In this document: positions 26,632 through 39,194 of the stretch, piece after piece | How positions within the stretch are numbered: the stretch's first letter is position 1 | How the letters are laid out: each line of letters opens with the position of its first letter | Origin: Macrostomum lignano | Lineage: Eukaryota | Reading direction: 5' to 3' | Assembly (NCBI GenBank): GCA_002269645.1 | Contig: NIVC01000557.1 | Coordinates: forward strand, 208,109-272,108 | DNA: 64,000 nt | Position numbers and translations under genes: made by a program | Notes under the pieces: model-generated | Seen by the model: only the letters and a program-made list of their open reading frames with translations | Told to the model about the DNA's origin: nothing | Database searches by the model: none

Positions 26632-26982
26632 AAATCGATCAATGACTCTCGTTTTTTTAATCCTAATAAATTGAATTAGCGACTGCTAATCTGAGTACTG
26701 TACATATTGAAAGTATAAAATTGTTATTAATAAACCTTGCACCGTTGGTACCTATTATTGCTGGTGATAATATAGTTTTCAAGTTTTTTATATCATTTAA
26801 ATTGAAGCTACTAATGATTGACATATCCTGGTAAATGTGTCTGATTCTCGCAACAGATCAAGTGGGTTCGATTCCCATGTGTAGCCGCATTCATTTGGGG
26901 AACTGCTCCCAAAAAAGTCAACCCTCCCCCCCCAGTCAAGAAAGTCATCAAGGAAAAAAGTTTACTTCGAGTAGTCAATAAA

Positions 26983-27530
26983 TATCACTTCCGGTAGCCA
27001 ATGGATATATCACTTCCGGTAGTCAGTGGATATCACTTCTGGTATTCAGTAGATATCACATCTGGTAGGCAGTAGATATCACTTCTGGTAGTCAGTAGAT
27101 ATCACTTTTGGTAGTCAGTAGATATTACTTCTGCTAGTCAATGGATATATCACTACCGGTCGTCAGTGGACATCACATCCGGTAATCAGTAGATATCACT
27201 TCCGGTAGTCAGTGGATATATCTCATCCGGTAGTCAGTAGATATCACTTCCGGTAGTCACGATATATCACTTCTGGTAGTCACTGGATATATCACTTCCG
27301 GTAGTCAGTGGATATATCTCATCCGGTAGTCAGTAGATATCACTTCCGGTAGTCGCAGGATATATCAATTCCGGTAGTCGCAGGATATATCACTTCCGGT
27401 AGTCACTAGGTATGTCATTTCCGGTAGTTAGTAGATATCACTTCCGGTAGTCGGTGGATGTATCACATCCGGTACTCAGTAGATATCACTTCCGGTAGTC
27501 AGCGAATATATCACATCCGGTAGTCAGTAG
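26983..27530. repeat. 23-25-bp minisatellite (GTAGTCAGTAGATATCACTTCCG)n upstream of SCFD1
   Basis: Diverged tandem units, many containing CACTTCCGGT. Confidence 0.9.
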
Positions 27531-27629
27531 CTAACAGTGTAAATATTTCTGTGTTTGATACTTATTAAAATTATTCGTGTCATTTTTCAGTCTGCAATCA
27601 GGCTCCGTGGTCCCGACTAGACTAATAAA

Positions 27630-30600
27630 ATGATGAAGCAATCTCAGAATCCCGGGACCGGTCCCGGCAACAGTTTGCGGTCTAGAAAGATTGAATCAAT
27701 GCGCAGAATGCTGAATTTGAATGCGCCGACAGCTAGGCTGACATCGGCGGGCTTGTCCTCGGCAGCTGGCGGACCCGCCGACTCTGAGGAGCCGCAGTGG
27801 AAGGTGATTTCTTATCCAGCGAATCTCTGTCTTCCTAAAAGACTAGAGACTTTGAGAACCTGCTCTGGACTCTTATTTCAACAAAAATCGACTCATTGGA
27901 TTTACTGATGAGGTTTATATTTAGGACGCACCTTGAGGCTTGAGAATCGCCACTCGAGGCACTCTAGTCTCACCTTGAGAATCGCTTCTCGAGACTCTCC
28001 TCACATTGAGAATCGCTTCTCGAGACTCTCCTCACATTGAGAATCGCTTCTCGAGACTCGCATTGAGAATCGCTTCTCGAGACTCTTTACTTGAGAATCT
28101 CTTCTCGAGACTCTTTACTTGAGAATCTCTTCTCGAGACTTTCACCTTGAGAATCGCTTCTCGAGACTCTCCTCACATTGAGAATCGCTTCTCGAGACTC
28201 TCGCATTGAGAATCGCTTCTCGAGACTCTCACATTGAGAATCGCTTCTCGAGACTCTCACATTGAGAATCGCTTCTCGAGACTCTCACATTGAGAATCGC
28301 TTCTCGAGACTCTCACATTGAGAATCGCTTCTCGAGACTCTCACATTGAGAATCGCTTCTCGAGACTCTCACATTGAGAATCGCTTCTCGAGACTCTCAC
28401 ATTGAGAATCGCTTCTCGAGACTCTCACATTGAGAATCGCTTCTCGAGACTCTCACATTGAGAATCGCTTCTCGAGACTCTCACATTGAGAATCGCTTCT
28501 CGAGACTCTCACATTGAGAATCGCCTCTCGAGACACTCGCTTTAAGAATCGCCTTTAATCGGTCCCAAAAATTTTTTTTTATTACCTGTCTTCCAGTAAT
28601 TCCAGTAATGTACTTGTTGATCATTTCCCCCGCAAACCTGTCAGGTGTTGATTTACGATCGCAGCGGTCAAGACATGATCTCTCCGCTGCTCACGGTGAA
28701 AGATCTACGCGACCTGGGCGTCACGTTGCACCTGCCGTTGCACTCAGATCGCGAGCCGCTATCCGACGTTGCCGCCGTGTATTTTATGAATCCTAGCGAG
28801 GAGAATTTGCAACGCTTGGGACGCGATCTGGCTGCCGGATTATACGAGTCCTATCATTTGAATTTCATATCGCCAATATCCAGGAGCAAGCTGGAGGATC
28901 TGGCTCAGGTTGGTGGTCTCATACACTGAATTGGGATCTAGGGGATAAGGGAAGAGGACCTAAGGGATACTGGTAAGGAGATCTATGGGATACGGGTAAG
29001 GGGATCTATGGGATACGGGTAAGGAGATCTATGGGATACGAGTAAGGAGATCTATGGGATACGGGTAAGGGGATCTATGGAATTCGCGAAGAGGATCTAA
29101 GGGATATGGGAAGGGGATCTAGGGGATACAGGAAAGGGATCTAGGAGAAATACAGGAAGGAATCTAGGGAATACAGGAGAGAATCTAGGGGATACAGGAA
29201 GTGGATCTAGGAGAAATACAGGAAGGGATCTAGGGGATACAGGAGAGAATCTAGGGGATACAGGAAGTGGATCTAGGAGAAATACAGGAAGGGATCTAGG
29301 GGATACAGGAAAGGGATCCAAGGGATACAGGAAAGGGATCTAGGAGAAATACAGGAAGGGATCTAGGGGATACAGGAGAGAATCTAGGGGATACAGGAGA
29401 GAATCTAGGGGATACAGGAAAGGGATCCAAGGGATACAGGAAAGGGATCCAAGGGATACAGGAAAGGGATCCAAGGGATACAGGAAAGGGATCTAGGAGA
29501 AATACAGGAAGGGATCTAGGGGATACAGGAGAGAATCTAGGGGATACAGGAAGTGGATCTAAGGGATACACGAAAGGGATCTAGGGGATACAGGAAAGGG
29601 ATCCAAGGGATACAGGAAAGGGATCTAGGAGAAATACAGGAAGGGATCTAGGGGATACAGGAGAGAATCTAGGGGATACAGGAAGTGGATCTAAGGGATA
29701 CACGAAAGGGATCTAGGGGATACAGGAAGGGGATCGAGGGGATACAGGAAAGGGATCTAGGGGATACAGGAAGGGGATCGAGGGGATACAGGAAGGGATC
29801 TAGAGGATACAGGAAGGGATCTAGGGGATACAGGTAGGGATCTAGGGGATACAGGAAATGGATCTAGGGGATACAGGAAAGGGATCTAGGGGATACAGGA
29901 AATGGATCTAGAGGATACAGAAAGGGACCCAGGGGATACAGGAAAGGGATCTAGGAGAAATTCAGGAAGGGATCTAGGGGATACAGGAGGGAATCTAGGG
30001 GATACAGGAAGTGGATCTAAGGGATACACGAAAGGGATCTAGGGGATACAGGAAGGGGATCGAGGGGATACAGGAAAGGGATCTAGGGGATACAGGAAGG
30101 GGATCGAGGGGATACAGGAAGGGATCTAGAGGATACAGGTAGGGATCTAGGGGATACAGGAAATGGATCTAGGGGATACAGGAAATGGATCTAGAGGATA
30201 CAGGAAATGGATCTAGAGGATACAGAAAGGGACCCAGGGGATACAGGAAAGGGATCTAGGAGAAATTCAGGAAGGGATCTAGGGGATACAGGAGGGAATC
30301 TAGGGGATACAGGAAGTGGATCTAAGGGATACAGGAGTGAATCTAGGTGATACAGGAAGGGGATCTATGGAATTCGTGAAAAGGATCTATTGAATACGGG
30401 AAGAGGATCCAATGAATTCGTGAAAAGGATCTATTGAATACGGAAGAGGATCCAATGAATTCGTGAAAAGGATCTATTGAATACGGAAGAGGATCCAATG
30501 AATTCGTGAAAAGGATCTATTGAATGCGGAAGAGGATCCAATGAATTCGTGAAAAGGATCTATTGAATACGGGAAGAGGATCCAATGAATTCGTGAAAAG

Positions 30601-33600
30601 GATCTATTGAATACGGAAGAGGATCCAATGAATTCGTGAAAAGGATCTATTGAATACGGGAAGAGGATCCAATGAATTCGTGAAAAGGATCTATTGAATA
30701 CGGAAGAGGATCCAATGAATGCGCGAAGGGGTTCTATGGGAAATAAGTTGAATCTATGTGAAGGAAACCCAACAATAATTTATCGTCTTTCGTCAAGGCG
30801 GCAATCGGCGGCAACGCTGTCGGTCAAATCAGCCGGGTAGTGGACCAGTACACGGATTTCATTTGCCTAGAAGAGGATCTATTCGTATTGCGTCACCACT
30901 CGGCCGATAGCCTCTCCTACAAAGCTTTAAATCGGCCAGACAGCAGCGACGAAGCAATGGAAGCCATGCTCAACGAGATCGCTGGTGGCCTGTTCTCCGT
31001 TTGCGTCACCCTGGGCGCCGTGCCGGTGATCCGCTGTCCTGCCGGCAACGCGGCCGAAGCTGTCGCGGCGAAGTTGGACAAAAAATTGCGCGACAATCTG
31101 CGTGACGCTCGAAACAGTTTGTTCACTGGTGGCGGCGATTCCGCTGCTCAGTATTCGTTTCAACGGCCGCTGCTGCTGCTGCTTGATCGCAGTTTAGATT
31201 TGGCTACTATGCTGCATCATCCGTGGACTTATCAGGTTTGCGATTGGTAGATAAGTAGATTTCACTTCCGGTAGTCAGTAGTTATCAACTTCCGGTAGTC
31301 AGTAGTTATCAACTTCCGGTAGTCAGTAGTTATCAACTTCCGATAGTCAGTAGGTATCAACTTCCGGTAGTTAGTAGTTATCAACTTCCGGTAGTCAGTA
31401 GTTATCAACTTCCGGTAGTCAGTAGTTATCAACTTCCGGTAGTCAGTAGTTATCAACTTCCGGTAGTCAGTAGTTATCAACTTCCGGTAGTCAGTAGTTA
31501 TCAACTTCCGGTAGTCAGTAGTTATCGATTTCCGGTAGTCAGTAGTTATCAACTTCCGGTATTCAGTAGTTATCAACTTCCGGTAGTAAGTAGTTATCAA
31601 CTTCCGGTAGTTAGTAGTTATCAACTTCCGGTAGTTAGTAGTTATCAACTTCCGGTAGTCAGTAGGTATCAACTTCAGGTAGTCAGTAGTTATCAACTTC
31701 CGGTAGTCAGTAGTTATCAACTTCAGGTAGTCAGTAAATATCACTTCCTTTGATTGGTATATTTCACTTCCGGTGCTCAGTAGATAACACTTTCGGTAGT
31801 CAGTGGGTATATCACTTCCGGTAGTCAGTGGGTATATCAGTTCCGGTAGTCAGTGGGTATATCAGTTCCGGTAGTCAGTGGGTATATCACTTCCGGTAGT
31901 CAGTGGGTATATCACTTCCGGTAGACAGAAGATATCACTTCCGGTGGTCAGTATATATCACTTCTGGTAGTCAGTAGATTTCACATCCGATCGTCAGTAC
32001 GAGTAGATTTCACTTGCTGTAGTCAGTAGATTAATCTCATTGTTTAATTTACTACTTCAATAGAAGTCACTTGAATATCTGGTAAATATTGCATACTTCC
32101 GGTCTGCTATCCCCATCTACCATCTCATCCCCCAGGCTTTAGTACACGATGTACTTGGCTCCCGCCTCAATCGAGTCGAACTACCCCAGTCTGGGCCGCC
32201 GTCTCACCAGCAGCAACAACAGAAACGAACAACAGCCTACGATCTTCTTGCAGAAGAAGACAATTTCTGGTCCGCCCAACGCGGCGCCCCATTCCCCGAG
32301 GTGGCTGACGCTGTCAAGCGCAATTTAGAAAAGTACAAACAAGAGGAAGAGAAAGTTGGCCGATTAAAACGCAGTATGGGTTTCGACGCCGAACTAGATG
32401 ACAAAACAGTGACGGACACAATGTCCGTGTTAAACAGCGCAATGTCCGACCTGCCAGCCCTGCTAGCAATGAAACGCAGTTTAGACATGCACACTAATGT
32501 TGCCACCTGTCTAGCAGAGAAAATCAAAGCTCGCCAATTGGATCTGCTATTCGAATTAGAAGAGAAACTATTGGCTAAGCAGAGTCTAGATCGGCCCCTA
32601 GTTGACGTGCTGGCCGATCCAGAGGCTGGCAGTTTTGAAGACAAGCTGCGCCTACTATTAGTAGCAGTATTGAGCGACTGTCCGCAGGCCTCAGGCGCTG
32701 AATTGGATGAATTATTAAGCCAATTAAATCGTTTAGCCAGCGAGCCTTCTGCCGCACTGAGCAGCGAATCTGGCGGATTAGTGGACTGCGCCGGTCTGTT
32801 GAAAGCGGCCGCTTATCTAAGAAAATGGCGCGCTCTCAGCGGCGGCGGCAGTTATTACGTTGGCGGCGGAAGTGGCGGCAGCGGCGCTTCCGGCAGCGGC
32901 AGCGGCTGGCTAGGCGGCCTATCAAAGGGCGGCTCATTCCTGATGGAGGGCGTAAGGAATCTGGTGCTGAGGAAGCACAACCTGCCGGCCGCTCGCATTG
33001 CCGACTGTTTGATGGAGAACCGGGCCGGCCAGGCCGAAGTTGAAGAGTATCGCTACTTCGATCCGAAACTGCACCGGGTGACCGATCCGTCTCAGATTCC
33101 TAGGCAGAAGCAGCCGTTTCAGGTTTGTCGTGCTCGGGTGTCTGCTTTGTAAGAAATTTACCCCCCCCCCTCTTCACTTCCCGCTCCCTTCTTTTTGGCT
33201 AATTTCCGTCTGCATCTCTCCTCTTCTCCTAGTTCTTTCACTCTTCATCTCATCTCCTCTCTTCATCTCTCTCTTTTTGTCTCTTTTGCTTCCTGTCTCC
33301 CAACTCCCTCCCAATATTCTGCTTGGTTCCCTCTCTCCCCCTCCCTCCCTCCCATCTCCCTCTCTCTCTCCAACTGCCTCTCTCCATCTCCCTCTCTCCA
33401 ACTCCCTCTCTCTCTCCATCTCCCTCTCTCCATCTCCCTCTCTCCAACTCCATCTCTCTCTCCATCTCCCTCTCTGCATCTCCCTCTCTCTCTCCAACTG
33501 CCTCTCTCCATCTCCCTCTCTCCAACTCCATCTCTCTCTCCATCTCCCTCCCTCTCTCCATCTGCCTCTCTCCATCTCCTCTCTCCAACTCCCTCTCTCT

Positions 33601-34173
33601 CCATCTCCCTCTCTCCATCTCCCTCTCTCCAACTCCATCTCTCTCCATCTCCTCTCTCCAACTCCATCTCTCTCCCTCTCTCTCTCCATCTCCCTCTCTC
33701 CATCTGCCTCTCTCCATCTCCCTCTCTCCAACTCCATCTCTCTCCATCTCCTCTCTCCAACTCCCTCTCTCTCTCCATCTCCCTCTCTCCATCTCCCTCT
33801 CTCCACCTCTCTCTCTCCATCCCTCTGTCTCCATCTCTCTCTCCGTCTCTCTCTCCATATCCCTCTCTCTCTAAGTCCCTCTCTCCATCTTCAACACCGC
33901 CGCTGTTCTAATATCGTTGGTATCATATTTTGTCACCCACGAAACAAAACCAAACAGGAGGCGATCGTATTCGTAGTTGGCGGCGGCAACTATATTGAAT
34001 ATCAGAATCTGGTTGATTTGCGTCGAACTTCAAAATCATCCGGCGTTACGGGCGCCGGCGGAGGCGGCGGCGGCAGCGGCGGCGGTGGCAGGCGGATCAC
34101 CTACGGCAGCACCCAGCTGGTGACCGGGTGTCAGTTTCTGCTACAGCTGGCTGAATTGGGTCAGCTCACCTGA
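27630..34173 (+). CDS. SCFD1: Sec1-family protein Sly1/SCFD1, ~692 aa; exons 27630-27803, 28645-28908, 30798-31235, 32136-33122, 33958-34173
   Basis: Motifs WK|VLIYDRSGQD, FQRPLLLLLDRSLDLAT, LDMHTNVAT, YRYFDPK and EAIVFVVGGGNYIEYQNL match Sly1/SCFD1. All four introns are GT-AG, phase 0. AATAAA lies at 34227. Confidence 0.96.
27950..28555. repeat. 28-bp minisatellite (ATTGAGAATCGCTTCTCGAGACTCTCAC)n, SCFD1 intron 1
   Basis: Head-to-tail units with an internal GAGAA-tcgc-TTCTC hairpin and no spacers. Confidence 0.95.
28940..30360. repeat. ~21-22-bp purine-rich minisatellite (AGGGGATACAGGAAAGGGATCT)n, SCFD1 intron 2
   Basis: Variable tandem units. Confidence 0.92.
30361..30720. repeat. ~43-bp dimeric higher-order repeat, SCFD1 intron 2
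   Basis: AGGATCCAATGAATTCGTGAAA plus AGGATCTATTGAATACGGAAG, repeated about 8 times. Confidence 0.9.
31260..32030. repeat. 24-25-bp minisatellite (GTAGTCAGTAGTTATCAACTTCCG)n, SCFD1 intron 3
   Basis: Same family as 26983-27530. Confidence 0.93.
33290..33890. repeat. CT-rich (polypyrimidine) low-complexity repeat, SCFD1 intron 4
   Basis: CTCCATCTCCCTCTCT-type units; the overlapping ORFs are artefacts. Confidence 0.93.
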
Positions 34174-35121
34174 GCTTATTATTGGCTAATTATTGTTCTT
34201 ATAGTTTCTGACAAGTCAATGACAATAATAAAATCAACTGTTGGATCTAAATATAATTCACAAGCTCCTGATTTGCTAGCAGATTTTTATTTGATGCGAT
34301 TATAAGTTCTATGTAAAAATTATATTAAAATGAAATGATAATACAGTTTATTTCAAAATTTTATTTCACTTCTTTGTCTGGTTAATAAGGTGGATTGTGT
34401 CATCTGTCTCGTTGTTTTTTCTCGTTTTTTTCATATTATTGCATGCTCCAACTATGCTACTTATGTCTTAGTTCGGAGAGATAGTAGTAAGTGATGCTTT
34501 TCCGCATTCGGACTAGGTGGGGAAATATTAAGTTATTTGTAATTGCTTTCAATTTTGTGACTCATTTCGTTTGTAGTACTTTATGTCTGTGTCTGTCCCT
34601 CATATCCATGTGTGTTATTTATTTGTGCATATAACAGCAAATCCTTTAATCGTCCCGTGTGTTTTCATTTCTGACAAATAATTGCTTAATTGCTGCTGCT
34701 ATGCTGACTACAGTATACTCGTGGGTCAGCAATTTCGTCTTGTTTATTTTGCAGCTAATGATAATAAGAGTATATTCATACGTATTGTAAGAGAAATTTC
34801 ATAAAAAGTACATAAGTGAAATTCGGTGCACGGGTAGCTACAAAAAACAAGTTTAAAAAATATTTTTGCCTTTATTCATTAAAATGAACCTCAATGCATT
34901 CAGATGCAAATTGAATGCTTAAATATTTTGTCTCCATACCAAAATATCTTTATAATTAAACGGAATCTTCTGACAATACGTGTTTAAAAATCTTTGAACG
35001 TCATTCAAACTTGGATGACAAAGTGACGAAGTCTCTATCGCTCCGCATTGCAGCTCAAGGCAGAGACGGGCTTCGAGCATCGGCATCTCAGCACGGATTG
35101 TAGCCCCACAGTTTCTCAGAG

Positions 35122-36396
35122 ATGCGCCGGGGCTCTGTCGCCTGCCCGTTTTGTCCCAGGCGGTTCTGCCGCACCCGACCGGCAGCGGCGCAATACTTGC
35201 GTCATGTGCGGTCACACGGAATTGGCTACGACTCGGAGCCTGAGGAGACGGCTGCGACCAACTCAGAAGCTGGCAGAGCGGCGGCGGTCGAGCAGGTCGC
35301 GTCTCGCAATGAGTCAGCGATGAAGCCGTGTACAGATGGCAGTCGTGCAGTGACAAATCGTGCTCAGGGTCTCCAGAAGCCGTTCCAGTGCGACACTTGT
35401 CAAAAGAAGTTCTCCAGGAGAAGCTATCTCAATGCTCACATTAGTGTGGTGCACAGGAAGGCAACACCGCACAAATGCAAGCGGTGTGAAAAGTCCTTCT
35501 CAGCGAAACCCGATCTGCACTTGCACAGCCGGTCTCACACTGGTGAGAGACCGTTTGAGTGCAAGGTGTGCGGCAAGAGATTCAGTGACAGCAGCAGCCT
35601 TACTACACACTCCAGGCAGCACACAGGAGAAAAGCCATTTGAGTGCAAAGTGTGTGGCAAGAGATTCAGTGACAGCAGCAGCCTTACTACACACTCCAGG
35701 CTGCACACGGGAGAAAAGTCATTTGAGTGCAAAGTGTGCGGCAAGAGATTCAGTGTCAGCAGCAGCCTTACTACACACTCCAGGCTGCATACAGGAGAAA
35801 AGCCATTTGAGTGCAAAGTGTGCGGCAAGAGATTCAGTGTCAGCAGCAGCCTTACTACACACTCCAGGCAGCACACAGGAGAAAAGCCGTTTGAGTGCAA
35901 AGTGTGCGGCAAGAGATTCAGTGTCAGCAGCCATCTCACTAGGCACTCAAGGCTGCACACAGGAGAAAAGCCATTTGAGTGCAAAGTGTGCGGCAAGAGA
36001 TTCAGTGTCAGCAGCAGCCTTACTACACACTCCAGGCTGCACACAGGAGAAAAGCCGTTTGAGTGCAAAGTATGCGGCAAGAGATTCAGTGACAGCAGCA
36101 ATCTCACAACGCACTCAAGGCTGCACACAGGAGAAAAGCCATTTGAGTGCAAAGTGTGCGGCAAGAGATTCAGTGACAGCAGCCATCTTACTGGGCACTT
36201 AAGGCAGCACACAGGAGAAAAGCCATTTGAGTGCAAAGTGTGCAGCAAGAGATTCAGTGTCAGCAGCCATCTCACTAGGCACTCAAGGCTGCACACAGGA
36301 GAAAAGCCATTTGAGTGCAAAGTGTGCGGCAAGAGATTCAGTGACAGCAGCCATCTTACCAGGCACTCAAGGCTCCACACAAGAAAAGCCATTTGA
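35122..36396 (+). CDS. Tandem C2H2 zinc-finger protein, paralogue 1 (atypical N-terminal finger, 2 unique fingers, 10 homogenised fingers)
   Basis: Canonical CxxC-x12-HxxxH fingers with TGEKP linkers; a single 424-aa ORF with an in-frame stop upstream of the ATG; ends in TRKAI* through a 2-bp deletion. Confidence 0.88.
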   Translation: MRRGSVACPFCPRRFCRTRPAAAQYLRHVRSHGIGYDSEPEETAATNSEAGRAAAVEQVASRNESAMKPCTDGSRAVTNRAQGLQKPFQCDTCQKKFSRRSYLNAHISVVHRKATPHKCKRCEKSFSAKPDLHLHSRSHTGERPFECKVCGKRFSDSSSLTTHSRQHTGEKPFECKVCGKRFSDSSSLTTHSRLHTGEKSFECKVCGKRFSVSSSLTTHSRLHTGEKPFECKVCGKRFSVSSSLTTHSRQHTGEKPFECKVCGKRFSVSSHLTRHSRLHTGEKPFECKVCGKRFSVSSSLTTHSRLHTGEKPFECKVCGKRFSDSSNLTTHSRLHTGEKPFECKVCGKRFSDSSHLTGHLRQHTGEKPFECKVCSKRFSVSSHLTRHSRLHTGEKPFECKVCGKRFSDSSHLTRHSRLHTRKAI

Positions 36397-36634
36397 GTGC
36401 AAAGTGTGCGGCAAGAAATTCAATCAAGTCAACAATCTTAAGTGGCACTCCGACTGCACTTTCTGTAGCGAATATTCACCCTTGCGGCGCTCCGTCATTG
36501 CTGACGTGCACAATCGGTCTTGGTCGTTAGTGTGCTCGGAATCCTTTAGCAGCTTTTTTGTTGTTTTATTCATGATCTTTGAACTTTATTGAATTCTCTT
36601 AAAGTGATGCATTCGGAAGCTAATCCAATATCCA

Positions 36635-36822
36635 ATTAGTGACAGAACTTAATGGCCAGTTAGTGACAGCACTTAATGACCAGTTAGTTACAGCACTCAA
36701 TGACTAGTTTGTGACAGCACTTAATGACCAGTTAGTTACAGCACTCAATGACTAGTTTGTGACAGCACTTAATGACCAGTTATAGACAGCACTCAATGAC
36801 TAGTTAGTGGCAGCACTCAATG
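36635..36822. repeat. 24-bp VNTR (GTGACAGCACTCAATGACCAGTTA)n after ZF paralogue 1
   Basis: Tandem units, interrupted by a foreign segment at ~36823. Confidence 0.92.
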
Positions 36823-37629
36823 CAGAACACGGGATCTATTTTTCTCTAGCACTGCAGTCGGCAGAACTCCATTAAAGTCCCTTTGTTCGCAGTCAACAGC
36901 AGATACTTTTAGGTTGCCACGCTCAACGCTAAAACTAGGCGATTGAAGTGGGACATCGCTTGATCGTGACTCGTTTAACGATTGGATTAGGCTTTTTGCT
37001 TCGGTAGAGATGACGCGTGAGGCATTCTCCACATCCAAAATGGCGCTCACTTCATCACTTGTTAGCTTCCGGGGTTGATTGTCGCTGCTCACTTCAGCAG
37101 AAGATCGTTTACTAGAGCATCCAACAGGCCGTTTTCGAGCGCCTTGCTGAATCCAATTCCAGGCACAGGCAAGTGTACCGATTGAACATTCGCCCACGGC
37201 CACGGAGTTGGCATACAAAGTCGATTTCTTCGCGCTGCAACCCAGAAATCTCTCGTCCTTCTATACAGGAGTAGTCTATCATTTTCTCAGAACGTTCGGG
37301 TCAGGAGTCAATTGAATAAATTTTAATAAAAAGTTAGACCAATTAATACTTTGTCAGTCGCTCTTTTAGGCTCGGAACTACAAGCTAAAATGAAATACAG
37401 TTTGCATTTTGTACCATAGACAAATTCCATTTTCTTGCGGGCCGAGAATCAGGACTTGCACTGAACTTAGACTGAAGCGAATGCAGTTTGACTTGACTTG
37501 CGGGCCGAAGAATGTCGTTTCTCGGCCCGCCCGCAAAATCAAGAAGGAATACAAATCCAGCAGGCCAGCTTCGCGGCCCTCGGATTCTCCTCCTTTCTGC
37601 CCTAGAAAGCCTGAAAGATTTATACATTC

Positions 37630-37866
37630 TAGTGCAAAATGTGTGGCAAGAGATTCAATCAAATCAGCAATCTTAAAAAGCACTCCGAGCAGCACTTTCT
37701 GTCGCGAATATTCACCTTTGCGGCGCTCCGTCATTGCCGACGTGAGCAATCTGTCTTGGTCCTTATTGTGCGCCAAGTGTTTGCTCGCAATCCCTTAGCA
37801 GCTTTTTGTCGTTTTATTCATGATCTTCGGACTTTGTTGAATTCTCTTAAAGTGATGCATTCGTAA
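37630..37866 (+). pseudogene. 5'-truncated, diverged relic of the ZF gene 3' end
   Basis: CGKRFNQISNLKKHSEQH and the downstream tail are homologous to the ends of the four ZF genes; followed by the 24-bp VNTR. Confidence 0.85.
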
Positions 37867-37884
37867 GCTAATCCAATAACCATA

Positions 37885-38357
37885 TAGTGACAGCACCTAA
37901 TGACCAGTTAGTGACAGCACTTACTAAGTGCAAAGTAACAGCATTTAGTGACAGCACTCGACCAGTTAGTGACAGCACTCAATTACTAGTTAGTGACAGC
38001 ACTTGATGACCAGTTAGTGAAAGCACTTAATGACCAGTTAGTGACAGCACTTAATGACCAGTTAGTGAGAGCACTTGATGACCAGTTAGTGACAGCACTT
38101 AATGTCCAGTTAGTGACAGCACTTGATGACCAGTTAGTGACAGCACTTAATGTCCAGTTAGTGAGAGCACTTGATGACCAGTTAGTGACAGCACTCAATG
38201 ACCAGTTAGTGACAGCAATTAATGACCAGTTAGTGACAGCACTCAATGACCAGTTAGTGACAGCACTCAATGACCAGTTAGTGACAGCACTCAATGACCA
38301 GTTAGTGACAGCACTCAATGACCAGTTAGTGACACTGACAGCAATCAATGACCAGTA
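37885..38357. repeat. 24-bp VNTR after the ZF relic
   Basis: Same unit as 36635-36822. Confidence 0.93.
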
Positions 38358-39194
38358 GGCACTGCATATACTATACTGCACTGTAATGCTAGACCAGCTT
38401 TTTACTTTGTTTTCCTGCCAAAGGTATCCAATTGTTTTCCAATCATTTCATTACTTACTGTAGAATTACTTAGCACTTAAACTTTTTCTTTGACTCCCTA
38501 ACTTGCGTTTCAATTTTGTGCAATCAAGCGTTATTATCGAACCTTTTCTCCCCTGTATTTATAAATTACACCGGTGGCATTCAAATTTTACTTGTTTTCT
38601 TTACTAATTGGTTTGTTTAAATGTTTGCCAGGATATTTTAATTGCTTTTTAATGACTTAATAGGCAACGTAAACTCATCCATGTGTGTTATTTATTTGTG
38701 CATATAACAGCAAATCGTTGAATCGCCCCGTGTGTTTTCATTTCTGACAAATGATTGCTTAATTGCTGCTGCTATGCTGACTACAGTATACTCGTGGGTC
38801 AGCAATTTCGTCTTGTTAATTTTGCAGCAAATGATAATAAGAGTATATTCATATGTATTGTAGGAGAAATTTCATAAAAAGTACATAAGTGAAATTCGGT
38901 GCACGGGTAGCAACAAAAAAACCAGTTTAAAAATATTTTGCCTTTATTCTTTCAATATGAACCTCAATGCATTCAGATGCAAATTGAATGCTTAAATATT
39001 TTGTCTCCATACTAAAATATCTTTATCATTAAACTGAATCTTCTGACAATACGTGTTTAAAAATCTTTGAACGTCATTCAAACTTGGATGACAAAGTGAC
39101 GAAGTCTCTATCGCTCCGCATTGCAGCTCAAGGCAGAGACGGGCTTCGAGCATCGGCATCTCAGCACGGATTGTAGCCCCACAGTTTCTCAGAG

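Noticed and set aside
27950-28555. 28-bp palindromic repeat resembling a CRISPR array
   Set aside because: Units are head-to-tail with no unique spacers, there are no cas genes, and it lies in a spliceosomal intron.
33130-33957. 347-aa ORF extending the last SCFD1 exon upstream, and overlapping S/L/P- or R/E-rich ORFs
   Set aside because: CT-rich intronic repeat; homology and the acceptor place the exon start at 33958.
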